A stretch of DNA of 62,949 bases, counting the filler, from Neolecta irregularis DAH-3 (taxonomy: Eukaryota), in assembly GCA_001929475.1 (NCBI GenBank). It is 16 parts of 16 records of this genome, joined end to end, with 100 filler letters (N's around TTAATTAATTAA, not from the genome) between each part and the next. Parts side by side here need not be neighbours in the genome. Positions count along the whole stretch, not along the records: positions 52,261 to 54,244 come from LXFE01001722.1; positions 54,345 to 57,360 come from LXFE01001723.1; positions 57,461 to 59,159 come from LXFE01001725.1; positions 59,260 to 62,949 come from LXFE01001728.1; 12 more parts are not named here. One strand, written 5' to 3'. The translations under genes were made by a program, and so were the position numbers. Position 1 is the first letter of the stretch; each line of letters begins with the position of its first letter. The notes below the pieces were generated by a model. That model worked only from the letters and a program-made list of their open reading frames with translations, searched no databases and was not told the origin of the DNA. Below, piece by piece: positions 52,161 to 62,949 of the stretch.

Positions 52161-52860
52161 NNNNNNNNNNNNNNNNNNNNNNNNNNNNNNNNNNNNNNNN
52201 NNNNTTAATTAATTAANNNNNNNNNNNNNNNNNNNNNNNNNNNNNNNNNNNNNNNNNNNNTTTATGATATTGCGCCGGGAACAAATAGATAACTATTACA
52301 GACTATTTATTCTTGGTCTGTCGATATTGAAACTTTTTTCGCGTTGGGGCAAACTCGCCCAACTTGTGACCGACCATCTAGCTTGAGAAAAGTGTGAGCA
52401 GGATTATACTTCGTCTGTGACATCTACTTTGACGTATTCCTTCCCATTGTGCACCATGAACCTGATACTGGGGTCAGAAGAGCCAAGTATTGGTGCACCC
52501 TATAAAGTTTGGCAGGATGACAGCCGCCCTGGCCTGCGTCTTGACGGGCGTTTTTGATTTCTGGGCTAGGGAGAGCGAGGTGTGCCATTTTACGATATTT
52601 GGGCCTGAAGATGGGCGGGGATCAGGGAATGGGTATACCTTTCCAGACTGAGCGGGCGAACAAAACGGGCGAAGGCAGCATGGTGGTGGGTTGTGCTGTT
52701 TGCGGATGCGCGGTGATATGAGCATGAGCGGGAACTCACCGCCGAGCTATCTGAAGCGCAGTATTATCCAGGCGCATTGTTGGGCGTTTAATTGCAAAAG
52801 ACTGTTTTCGTGACTGGCCTGCGGATAGGGTTACGGTGGCAGTACCGCTCCAACCACAGC

Positions 52861-54074
52861 ATGCCGCCCAGAAAGCATATGCAGCCTACATCGCCCGATA
52901 TCCCGTGCCGTTCTTCGCCCCGAATCACGCGCAACCGAGATACTTGTATGGTTATAGCAGAACCACCGGTTCAGAGTATCCGGGATACTCTGAACCGACC
53001 TCTCTGCACTCTGTCACAGGATGAGCAAACTACATCGACTGCTGAGCACACTACATCGACTGCTGAGCACACTACATCGACTGCCGAGGGCGCTACGTCG
53101 CAGGCAGACGAGCACACTACATCGCCTGCCGAGCACACTACATCGACTGTCGAGCACATTACATCGCCTGGCGAGGGCGCTACATCTGGACGACCTGTTC
53201 GCAAGAGAAAGGCAGTGGAAACACCGGTATCTGTCAACAAAAAGAAAAAGCTTGGTAAATGGGAGATTGAGAGTCTAATGTCGAACCCTAAATCGCCATT
53301 GGTGTATATCAACATTAGTGTATATTGTGGTACGACATGTGCTGACTGCAGGAATTGATTGATCCTGTGGAGTGGTTCGAGTTCACGGAGGAAGAAAAGG
53401 CAGAGCTAGTTCAATTGTTACCTGAAATTGACCGAAATGACGCAAATACAAACATCAAGTCGATAAGGGAGTTTTTTTCCAGCAACGAGATATGGCGGGA
53501 CGCGCTTTCTGACTGGCAACGGTCTCTTGACGACGGCGTGTTCCAGGAGAGCTGGACGCGGTCGGCTGAGAAGGCATTCGAGTTTGTGCGGTGTGGACGG
53601 TGTGACAAATGGAAGGACGATCAATTTGAGCGGTACTGGGGGCAAAAGCAAAAGCTCTCGCACACAGCGCGTGCGGGCGAGCAGACCAACTTGAAGATGA
53701 CTACTATTGCGGAGATGGGGTATTTCAAAAAGGGGGACTTGTGGCGGTATTCGCGCACTTTTGGGGGCAAGGGGACCCCGAAAACCGTGGTCACCAAGGA
53801 AGTCACGCTTGAGTCTGTGGATGCAAAGGGGCTGTTGACCTTTCAGGCGCCGCGGGGGCGAGACGGCTATATCCGGGCGGGGCAGGCAAGCACCCGGTTT
53901 AGCAAGATCGCGGCGCCGACCATGCTGGAAACGAAGATCCTGGACGAGGACGGGACGGTGGCCAAGGACGAGCGGCCCAATGGCAACGCGTGGAAGAATT
54001 TCCGGGTTTCGCGGGCGGGCGAAGATCTGGGGACGCTCTTTGAGGTCCGCGGCCGGGTTTTTATAAAGAAGTAG
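52861..54074 (+). CDS. Asx-homology (DEUBAD) domain protein, 1 intron
   Basis: LMSNPKSPL, W..FTEEEKAELVQLLP, WQRSLDDG, DKWKDDQFERYWGQKQ; N-terminal 21-bp tandem repeat (HTTSTAE) at 53023-53190. Confidence 0.8.
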
Positions 54075-54096
54075 AGTAATAACTGAGTGCTGCTGC

Positions 54097-54244
54097 TCAC
54101 AGGAGCTCGACGCTCTTGACGCAGCGGAGCATGATGGCCATCTCGGGCGAGCCGTGCTTGATCTTGATCGAGTCTGCGACGATGCGCTGCAGCCGGGGGC
54201 CGGCGCAGCGCAGCGTGCGGGCGAGCGGCGGGTTCGCTGTCCGT
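54097..54244 (-). CDS. C-terminal fragment of an unidentified GC-rich gene
   Basis: Open frame ...RIVADSIKIKHGSPEMAIMLRCVKSVELL* with strong GC3 bias, convergent on the Asx gene. Confidence 0.4.
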
Positions 54245-54583
54245 NNNNNNNNNNNNNNNNNNNNNNNNNNNNNNNNNNNNNNNNNNNNTTAATTAATTAA
54301 NNNNNNNNNNNNNNNNNNNNNNNNNNNNNNNNNNNNNNNNNNNNGCAGCTACTTTGAGTGAAGGTAACTACGTTTATAATCAATTTACACGGTTAAAGTC
54401 CCTCTGCTAGCCAGACGTGGACCTCCTTATATAGTAATTCTTTGAGGCGTGCTCCACTGCTGCCTATTGGCTCCTTCCTCTATGGAGCCTCATCCGTTCC
54501 ATACATCTCCTCATTGAGCTCACTAGCTCTTCTTGCGGAGTATTCCAGTGTTCCTAAATCTCTCTTAGGATGGACGTCGAGCT

Positions 54584-54880
54584 CCCGGGAGACAATATTT
54601 TATCGCGATATCGTAACAGCAGTGCTCTCTAGTGTATATGCAAAGATTAAAGCTGGTCCGTTCCACAAGAGTGTGTTCCACAAGGCCCAAACTGGCGCTT
54701 TTACTGACACAGCCGTGTGGGCAACCAGCGCAAAGAGAAAGTTTGTGCCAGATGACAGTGGTTCATTTATTAGAGATCTGGAAGCGAAAAAAGGAAAATA
54801 CATGTAAATGTCGCGAGGGCAGCGAAATGTTTTCTTTCACTTACTTTCTATATTCAATTAAACTTTGCGTTTGAAAACTT
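54584..54880 (+). pseudogene. Inverted partial duplicate of the 3' end and 3' UTR of family member 3
   Basis: High-identity inverted match to 55329-55636; TIFYRDIVTAVLSSVYAK...KYM*. Confidence 0.85.
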
Positions 54881-54957
54881 CGATGTGGGTCCTGTACAAA
54901 TAGAAGAATAACCCCACAAGTGATTAGGAGATTTCGCAAGTTTATTTAGATATTCAG

Positions 54958-55031
54958 CAGGGTCAAGGGTCAGAAGGGTCAGAAGGGCCAGAAGGGTCAG
55001 AAGGGTCAGAAGGGTCAGAAGGGCCAGGACC
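54958..55031. repeat. 9-bp tandem repeat (AGAAGGGTC)n
   Basis: About 8 copies inside the spacer of the inverted repeat. Confidence 0.85.
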
Positions 55032-55403
55032 AGGAAAGGGCTACTGCCTGGGGTGGGTTTAGGGCCAACAGGACGAGGCGGAGGGACGGTAGATGTCTGG
55101 CGGCTGCAGGTGCAGCAGGGCAACGGGGCCTAGGTAGGTGCGGTGAGGGTTCTGAGGGCGGTAGGCGTCCAATGTCGAGGCACTTTCGGGTTTCAAAGGT
55201 GCTCGCGTGAACAGTGTGGCAGGTTCAGGAGTACCTTGAAAATCAGTTGACATGTCATCACCTTTTATACCACCTTGTGTGTGTCCTGTAGGTTATAGCT
55301 GAGTGGCTGTAGCTGTCATATAAACCCTAAGTTTTCAAATGGAAAGTTTAATTGAATATAGAAAGTAAGTGAAAGAAAACATTTCACTGCCCTCGCGACA
55401 TAT

Positions 55404-56705
55404 TTACATGTATTTTCTTTTTTTCGCTTCCAGATCTCTATAAAATGAACCACTGTCGTCTGGCACAAACTTTCCCTTTGCGCTGGTTATGCCCACTCCC
55501 TACACGGTTGTATCAATAAAAGCGCCAGTTTGGGCCTTGTGGAACAAACTCTTGTGGAACTGACCAGCTTTAACCTTTGCATATACGCTAGAGAGCACTG
55601 CTGTTACGATATCGCGATAAAATATTGTCGCCTGGGTATCCAGCCTCGGTGTAAAGGGTGATTGAGGTAGAAAAAGTGCATCTACCACGGTGATCAATAC
55701 TTTTGTTGCAATCGATTGCTCATCATCTGCATTGCAGGGAGGCGTAACCCTTGTTGGATTTTGAGGAATCGTAGCAAGGGGGGCATGACTAGCCACTGTA
55801 TTTTTAAATAGCTGCAAAGCATCATTCTTCTGTTCATTGTCGATGCGAAGGCTCGTTGCTGCTATTGTAGCTTGGATAAAATTGTTTGCTGATTTAGTAT
55901 ACCGTAATATTTCGTAATGTCCAGGACGGCATGAAACAATAAGCAGATAAAAGTCTTCACCTTGAATGAAAAGCATCTTCTTGGTTGGATCGTAAAAAGT
56001 CGTTACATCTTTCTTAGCATTCTTGCTGAATATCTCGAGAAAAGTCAATACAATAGTGTCAAACCCTTCCGATAAGGTGTCTGACTTGGACGAATGCTGT
56101 GCCCATGAATTTAGGGTTAGGTCCATAAGTTGTCGTCTAATATTTACCGACATTGGTGGATTGCTATGAATTGCAATGTTGCAGACCGTTAGAACAATTT
56201 GAGCTAACCGATGTTGATCGTGATATCTTTCCGATAACCCATATCTAGTTTGAATCTCACTAGCCCAATCTTTTTCAGGCTGTTCATCATTGTGAGAAAA
56301 CCTTGCGGAAATGTCTTGAACTGTTTCTGGCTGACGTGTCCTAATTATCAGAAATCTATCATTACTTGCAAGCTGTTACACATATAACTGCACTTCAATC
56401 TCGGAATCAGAAGGATTAGAGATCCAGTTTGCCTCAGATGTGGCAAACATTTGACAAAAATGGTCATTTTCATACAATTGCACGGTAAAAGATTGGCAAA
56501 AGTATGGCATCATCAGGCAAATTCGCGCGCATTCTTCTTTTGCTTGCTCCATATCCACACTCTGGAGATAGTTATCACATACTTTTTGACCCTGGATAGT
56601 GACTTGGGATAACCCACGCGAAATCTCTTTGAAATTGTCGAGATCTGTTACCGCGCAAGTAAGAGTACAAAGCGTGATCAAAAAGAAGACCTTTGGAAAC
56701 ATCAT
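55404..56705 (-). CDS. Secreted PAN/Apple-like domain family protein, member 3 (in-frame TAG at 55500-55502; ancestral stop at 55404)
   Basis: Signal peptide MMFPKVFFLITLCTLTCA; CARICLMMPYFCQSF..CQMF; phase-2 intron 56341-56379; YDPTKKMLFI; IFYRDIVTAVLS. Confidence 0.85.
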
Positions 56706-59295
56706 GTTGGATATGTTGAAACTAGGGTGACCCAGGTGGATTGTCGGGTTTATATAGGGAATCTGTAACGATATATCCGGTAATACGCAGCAAGAGGCGT
56801 AGTAAGACAGCATCTAGAAAGGGTATATAAAGGCTTGGCTAGCATATCTCAACCTAAGCATATAAGGCCCACTGCCTAGGAACATAAGCCCACTGCTTAG
56901 GTTGAGGAAATATAAACCAATCTTAGTTGTATACTATGCCCCACAACTTGCAGAATCTGGATGCCGAGGTTTTCTGTTTCTCTTATTCTGGTTTCAATTT
57001 TTTGATATAGGTTTCACCCTCTGAGACAGTTCTGCTGCTACACCATGAGCCACTGCTCCATTTTTGCTTCTCTTCAGTTTCGGCCCCATTAGCCACATAA
57101 ATATCATTGCCGGAATTATCCCTATCACTTTATGCATGCTTTGAAGACCGATGTCCATGGCCGCTTCCATTGCAGCTGCCAAGGTCGTGTGCTGACATAA
57201 GTGTCTTGAGCGGTAAGCCCGGACACCCAACGCTCACGCCGACTGTGTGACTGAGCAGTAAGCTGTGGGGACTTCGAACGTCCCCATACGATCACGAATC
57301 CCCGGGTCGCCACAGTCACCACCAACCCGTCGGCGATCACTAACGGATTGGTAAAGGGAANNNNNNNNNNNNNNNNNNNNNNNNNNNNNNNNNNNNNNNN
57401 NNNNTTAATTAATTAANNNNNNNNNNNNNNNNNNNNNNNNNNNNNNNNNNNNNNNNNNNNCGCGATGGGTTTCCTGATCCAATACGTACTACACCATTCG
57501 TTCGCGATCTCGTTGCATTCGTGGTCACTAGTGTATATGAGAAGAACATGAAATCCAGTTGATTTCAATCTCGATAAAGCTCAGCAGAGATTTAACCGAC
57601 ACCCCCGAAACCCGCCACCCAAGAAGAATTGTGTGATACATACATTTGTCTACCCAATGTTCTATTCAAAGTTTAACTGCCATTCAAAAAACATGCAGTT
57701 ATCAATACTAGCTCTTTTTAATGCCTTTGCTGTTTCTTTTTGTCATAGCACAGTGACTGCACAACCAAAGCATGTGGTATCAAACTAGATCATATAAAAG
57801 TGAATAGAATCAATCAATAGTTATATATGAAATAGCTTGATGTTTTACCGTAATGCGGTAGCTTTCTCACCTCATGGCCACTTTATTTGTAAATCTGCTG
57901 CAAACCTCTTCCGGCATATTTAACCGCGGTGGAGTTATTTTTATCACACTACTTTTCAACTGTTTCCAAACGTCAACGAACTTCTAGGCGTTATCAGGGT
58001 ACGATGCTTTGAGTTACGAGATTCTAATTGTAATGAGGTCGCTTACTGGTTAATAAGCATAAATCATTTGCCTTCAACCGCCCAGCACCATTATGGATTG
58101 CTCAAATCTTTATCGATTTGCCCTTTGCCACCTCCCAGATATTGTGTGGTCAATCCTTTTCTTGGAGAGCCCCGAGCTTTTGGGACTGGGGGAAAAACTG
58201 CTACATTTTACCAGAAAGAGAATCAAGAGCGGCAACGACTGAATCAGACGCTCAACGAAAAGAAAGCTCAAAGGGTCAAGGGTAAGGAAAATGAATCTCC
58301 GCTCATTCTCACGTCGAAGAAAACTCTCCTGCGGGAAAGCCTGAAATACGATATTCCGGTCGCTGGTGGTCAGAAACGATTGCCTGAGCTACGTCAAACC
58401 TGGGCAACTCACTGCTTTGATGGGTGCTTCTGGAGCGGGCAAAACTACGTAATCTCCCATTGTGGTGCTTCTCACTTACGTGCGAGTCTTCTTGATGTAC
58501 TTGCAAATCGAGACCTACAGCACTACTACTTTGATTTGCAGCGCACCTGATGATTATCGAGACAAGTTTTATTGCATAAACGCCACCCTCCTCGCCCGTT
58601 GCCTCACCACACTGCTCGCCCGTTATCGTCCTGCCCACCTTGCCCGTTACTGCTCCCCTCCCTCGCCCTTTGCTACTCCGCCCTCTCGCCCTCCTCGCCT
58701 GCCCTCCTTGCCTGCTATCGCCCCGCCTACCTCGCCTGTTACTACTTCCCGTCCTCGTCCTTAATCGCCCCGCCCTCTCCCCAGTTACCGCCCGCCCTCC
58801 TAACCCTGCCCTGCCCTCTTCACCTCTTATCGCCACTGCAGCTAAAGGAAGAGAAGACTAATTTAGCCGGGGAGGGTGTCCACCACACAACGGTAAAGAC
58901 ACCATCAGACCCAGAGGACGCCACCAGTAGAAGGCGTCGTCCCGGTCCAGGACTTGGGATCCCCATGCGGAAAGTGTTCCATAGGGACTAGTCAGATGGA
59001 CTGTGGCGGCGAGGACAGGTATTTATGTAGCGCCTAACCCGGCTCTTTATTTAGGGAATACAAACCATCTGCCAAGCTGAATATGTTTATGCCACTCAAT
59101 ATTCTTTGCATATCTGCCAGTTTACTCTTCCGACTGGTAGACTGTACTTGGGACTCCAANNNNNNNNNNNNNNNNNNNNNNNNNNNNNNNNNNNNNNNNN
59201 NNNTTAATTAATTAANNNNNNNNNNNNNNNNNNNNNNNNNNNNNNNNNNNNNNNNNNNNGATATCTAATTGTACCATCTGCTCATTAGTTTCCAT

Positions 59296-59397
59296 TTTTA
59301 ATAGGTGGTGTGGGAGAAATTTTGGGTTGGAAATTTGCGTTTTTTTTGGCGAGGTGTCGCGTAAAGGGGGGTGTCGCTTAAGTCGGTGTTGAGCTTA
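59296..59397 (-). mobile_element. Probable DNA-transposon end, copy B
   Basis: Reverse complement of 44062-44164; also begins at TA and runs toward a gap. Confidence 0.55.
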
Positions 59398-60496
59398 ATG
59401 GGCCGGGCTTTTTTTTGGGCCGGTCCATGGGCTTAAAATGGCCCGTCCCCAACACTGGCCGTGTGTCATGCTAGGGAGGAGGAGGGGGGGCAGGTGTGAT
59501 GGGATATGACCCTGTACTGTCATTCAAGTAAATTCATGTTATCGTGTTCATTGACTCATTAGGTTTGAGGCACGCAGGGTGTAGCTAGGTGTTATAAGTG
59601 TTTATAGGCTTTATAGATTATTGATTTATTAATTGGTGAGCACGATCATATGGGATTTCACTGTCTTATGTTGTCAGGACTTAGAAACGGAAAATTAGAT
59701 TATACAGTTGGCTAACCTACAGAGATGAAAGCAGCCCTTAATTATAGCTGCCAGCAGCGGGCTGGTATCAGACCGAAATAGCACAAAAAGAAAAGGAGAG
59801 TGAAACGGAATTAGAAAGAGACAAAAAAATAAACCCGGGAGCGGCAGAAAGCTACACAGCAGTTTACCAGACTCCCTGGAAACAGAGGTAGATAGTTCAA
59901 TTGAAATACAAAAGGGAAATACCCGCCATCATCATCCTGGATCCGGCCAAGGAGTGAAAGGGACGGGTGAGTGGTTTGGGGGACTTGAAGTTGAAATTTG
60001 GTATGGCGGTCAATATCTCGTCAGCGGTGCCACAGGTTGAAGTCCACAATCAAAACATAGTCAGACAATCAGCCAACAATCATCTTCAAGGGAAAAGCTT
60101 GGCCCATGGGTCTAAATGGGCCGTTTAGATCTTGGCTCGGAAAAACAAAGTAAGTAAGCTAATAAAAATAAGAGATAAGAAACTTCTCTAAACTAAACCC
60201 AGTGATACAACCGGCCGCATTTCCCTTATACGAGAGACCGATGGCGAGCCAGACCGATCCAATGACCTAGTTCTTCAAAGTTAAACGTAGAAAGCGTCGT
60301 TGGTTTTGGCTGACCGCGTGCTGAAAATGTCTAAAAATGCCGTACAAGATAGTTGAGGTAAATGATGTGACGATATGGGATAGTGATGGGAGTTCTGAAT
60401 TACATTTCAACTACTTTCCCACTCTCAAAATCCATATTTTAACAGAAAATCAAGGTCGAAATCCGGTGCAAAACCGGCAATCTTTCATAAAATATA

Positions 60497-61859
60497 TCAA
60501 AGAATTATATCTGGTATGACTGAGATGTCTGTAAACTTTTTCGATTGCAATGTCGTGTTCAACGCTGAAAACATTCGAGTTCTCTTGTACTTTTTTCCAT
60601 AAATGTGGGAGAGTACAGCTGTTATAAGGTCTCTACAGAATATTAGCCCAGAAGGGCCAGGATAATAATATGAGTCCGGCTTAGGATCAAGAAGTGCTTG
60701 TATAACGTTCAACAACAAGTGCGCGATAGAGTCGGTATTGTATATAATGTTCTTGGAATACTGTATGGTCGTCTTCAGTTTCCTTGCTTGTTGAAAGAGG
60801 TCGAGAGTTTCATTTTGTATCGTTTTATCATCAAGGGTATTCTCACTATACGTCAAATATACGACAACGTCTGAATCATCATTGGTTTTTGGCTGGTCTC
60901 GTACTATCGCATAATTGTCTCGTCCTATCGCATGATGGTCTCGTCCTATCACATAATGGTCTCGTACTATCGCATAACGAGGCCCGAATGAAGCGACGAG
61001 GATGTGTATATCCTCATTATCAATGAAAAGCACCTTTTTGATTGGATCGTAAATAGTTGTTGTGCCTTGACGAATATGCGGACAAAATATCTCGAGAAAA
61101 GTCAAAAAAATGGTGGCAAAGGATTCTGAAGGTTTCTGTTCCGTTTCATCTGGAAAAATATTAAATTCTGTTTTTTCTGAAAATTCTTCCCAAGATTTGA
61201 CAAGCTCCAAAATCTTTTTGTCAGAAAATGCCTCAAGATCGGTAATTGGTCTTTGAGACTCTGAAATATCCCGCACAGAACTCCGTCTCTCGAAATCGAT
61301 TGCGATTGCTGGGTCACTATACATGGCAGTTTTGCAAGCTCTTATCATAGGCCAGAAATATTCAGGCATAAAGTCCCTTGCTAGGCCATACCCATTAACA
61401 AGTCTGTCGGCCCAAAGGTTTTCTGGCATTTTATAATCATAAAGAAATCTCTCAATAACAGGTTCAAGTGGCTCTGGTTCAAGAATCCTAGAATATAAGA
61501 ATATTAAAATTGGTCGCAAGCACATACTCGAATATTACCGACGACCCAATAGAGTGGTCAAATACAGTGGTTATTCGTGATGCGGGAATCCTAAACAACT
61601 TGCAACCCAGGATATTTGGACGCAAATAGGTCACTGTGAACACTTTGCATACATATTTGGCGTCAAGGCATGCTTCAGCACACTTTTTTATACCTTCGAG
61701 CTCGTCTATGTTTTCCGGAAGGTCAATGTGTTCGACTGACCAGCCGTAGTAGCGAACTTGAGAGTGTTGCAACTCAGTTGTAATGTCTTTGAAACCCTCG
61801 AGCTCTATTGCTGAAGATAAAAAAGTATAAAGTCCGATGAAGAAGAGCTGTGGCAACAT
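60497..61859 (-). CDS. Secreted PAN/Apple-like domain family protein, member 4 (complete)
   Basis: Signal peptide MLPQLFFIGLYTFLSSA; CAEACLDAKYVCKVF..CKLF; phase-2 intron 61488-61527; FLEIFCPH..IYDPIKKVLFI; IFCRDLITAVLS. Confidence 0.88.
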
Positions 61860-62468
61860 TATATGGTTGTGCGCTGCGTGTTGTGTGTAACTTGTGCAGA
61901 CTTGGTGGCTCGAATACAAGGCGCTAGTTGGAGATAACAATTTTGCGAAACATACCCTTAAATACTTTTTGAAATCCGTATGCCCTTTCCCTGAGTCTTA
62001 TGGGATGGAGGCTGAGACAGGTTGAGACTGAGTGACTGGTGAGTAAGCAGATCGGGTAAATACAATAACGGATGTAGTAACGTTAGACGTCGCACATTGG
62101 AAACAGTTGGGTTCGTTATAGGGAGGAATTTATTGTCACCTAGCCAGGTCGATTGCCCAGTGTCGCGTAGTCTTTGTAGGATTATCCTCGAGGCAGCCTG
62201 TTAGGTTTTATGGTGCGCTCGACATGAAATCCAACGATATTTAACTTTGATTTGATGCAACGTTTTGGGTTTGCAACCACATTGATCCAATGCTGAGTCA
62301 GACGAGTCTGCACAGCCGTCTAGATATGGTATCAGGTGATATTTGAGAAATTAGCGGCGATTTGCGGTTGGGGGCAGTCACATTTGCGTGCTGCCCACCG
62401 CACTGCTTCCTTCCTCCACCACCGCACTTCTTCCATCCTCACACCTGCAGCTCCACACTATCGACTAA

Positions 62469-62949
62469 ATGGGACGGGTGATTCGAGCACAGCGCAAATG
62501 CGGCAGCATCTTTACTGCGCACACGAAATCGCGCAAGGGCGCGGCCAAGCTGCGGACGCTGGACTATGCGGAGCGCCACGGCTATGTGCGCGGGCTGGTG
62601 AAGGAGATTCTGCACGACCCTGGGCGGGGCGCGCCGCTGTGCAAGGGTTCGAGCTCTACCCCAGCCGCAACTCACCCACCGCAGTGGTATTCCGCGATCT
62701 GTACCGGCACGGCCTGCGCACGGAGATGTTTGTGTGTGCGGAGGGCATGTACACGGGGCAGTTTGTGTACTGCGGCAAGAAGGCGGCGCTGTCGGTGGGC
62801 AACGTGCTGCCGCTGGCTGCGATGCCCGAGGGCACTGTGATCAGCAACGTCGAGCAAAAGGCGGGCGACCGCGGCGCGCTGGGCCGCGCGTCGGGCAACT
62901 ACTGCATCGTCATCGGCCACGGCGACGACGGCAAGACACGCATCCGCCT
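62469..62949 (+). CDS. RPL2: 60S ribosomal protein uL2, 1 intron, runs off the window
   Basis: [56 protein letters not shown]. Confidence 0.96.

Noticed and set aside
55500-55502. Stop-codon reassignment or read-through at the in-frame TAG
   Set aside because: TAG is a normal stop in VPS60, MUS81 and others here; a nonsense mutation is simpler
56994-59159. Short ORFs in repeat-like contig ends
   Set aside because: No recognisable motifs, low complexity; probably TE debris
4130-59259. Regularly recurring TTAATTAATTAA palindrome
   Set aside because: Assembly linker with six-frame stops; ORFs ending in X..LIN are artefacts

Overview
Eukaryotic (fungal) DNA, not prokaryotic. It is a compact, intron-dense ascomycete. 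Short 31-60 nt introns, Ste12, complex I and a TPP1/Tpz1-like gene suggest an early-diverging, Taphrinomycotina-like species; Neolecta is a guess. The window is 16 contigs joined by 15 artificial 100-bp linkers (44 N + TTAATTAATTAA + 44 N), so adjacency across linkers is not real synteny. About 30 recognisable genes or gene fragments are present, including PGM2-like, MAK16, SUMO, SAP190, VPS60, COQ3, NDUFV1, RER2, PRP17, FAB1, TPP1-like, YPT5, MIC60, STE12, MUS81, APL1 and RPL2, plus Ty3/Gypsy and probable pogo-like transposon remnants. Main discoveries: (1) four conserved genes (PGM2, MAK16, FAB1, APL1) can only encode their conserved proteins if an intron with a non-AG 3' splice site (GG, TG, TG, AT/TG) is removed, against a background of very degenerate donors, which suggests a relaxed spliceosome; (2) a four-member family of secreted proteins I do not recognise (signal peptide + PAN/Apple-like Cys domain + unknown C-terminal domain) that shares one phase-2 intron and lies near repeats; (3) GC peaks with a G-to-C strand-skew switch that coincide with 28-bp divergent gene spacers and contig breaks. 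All exon structures were inferred by eye.
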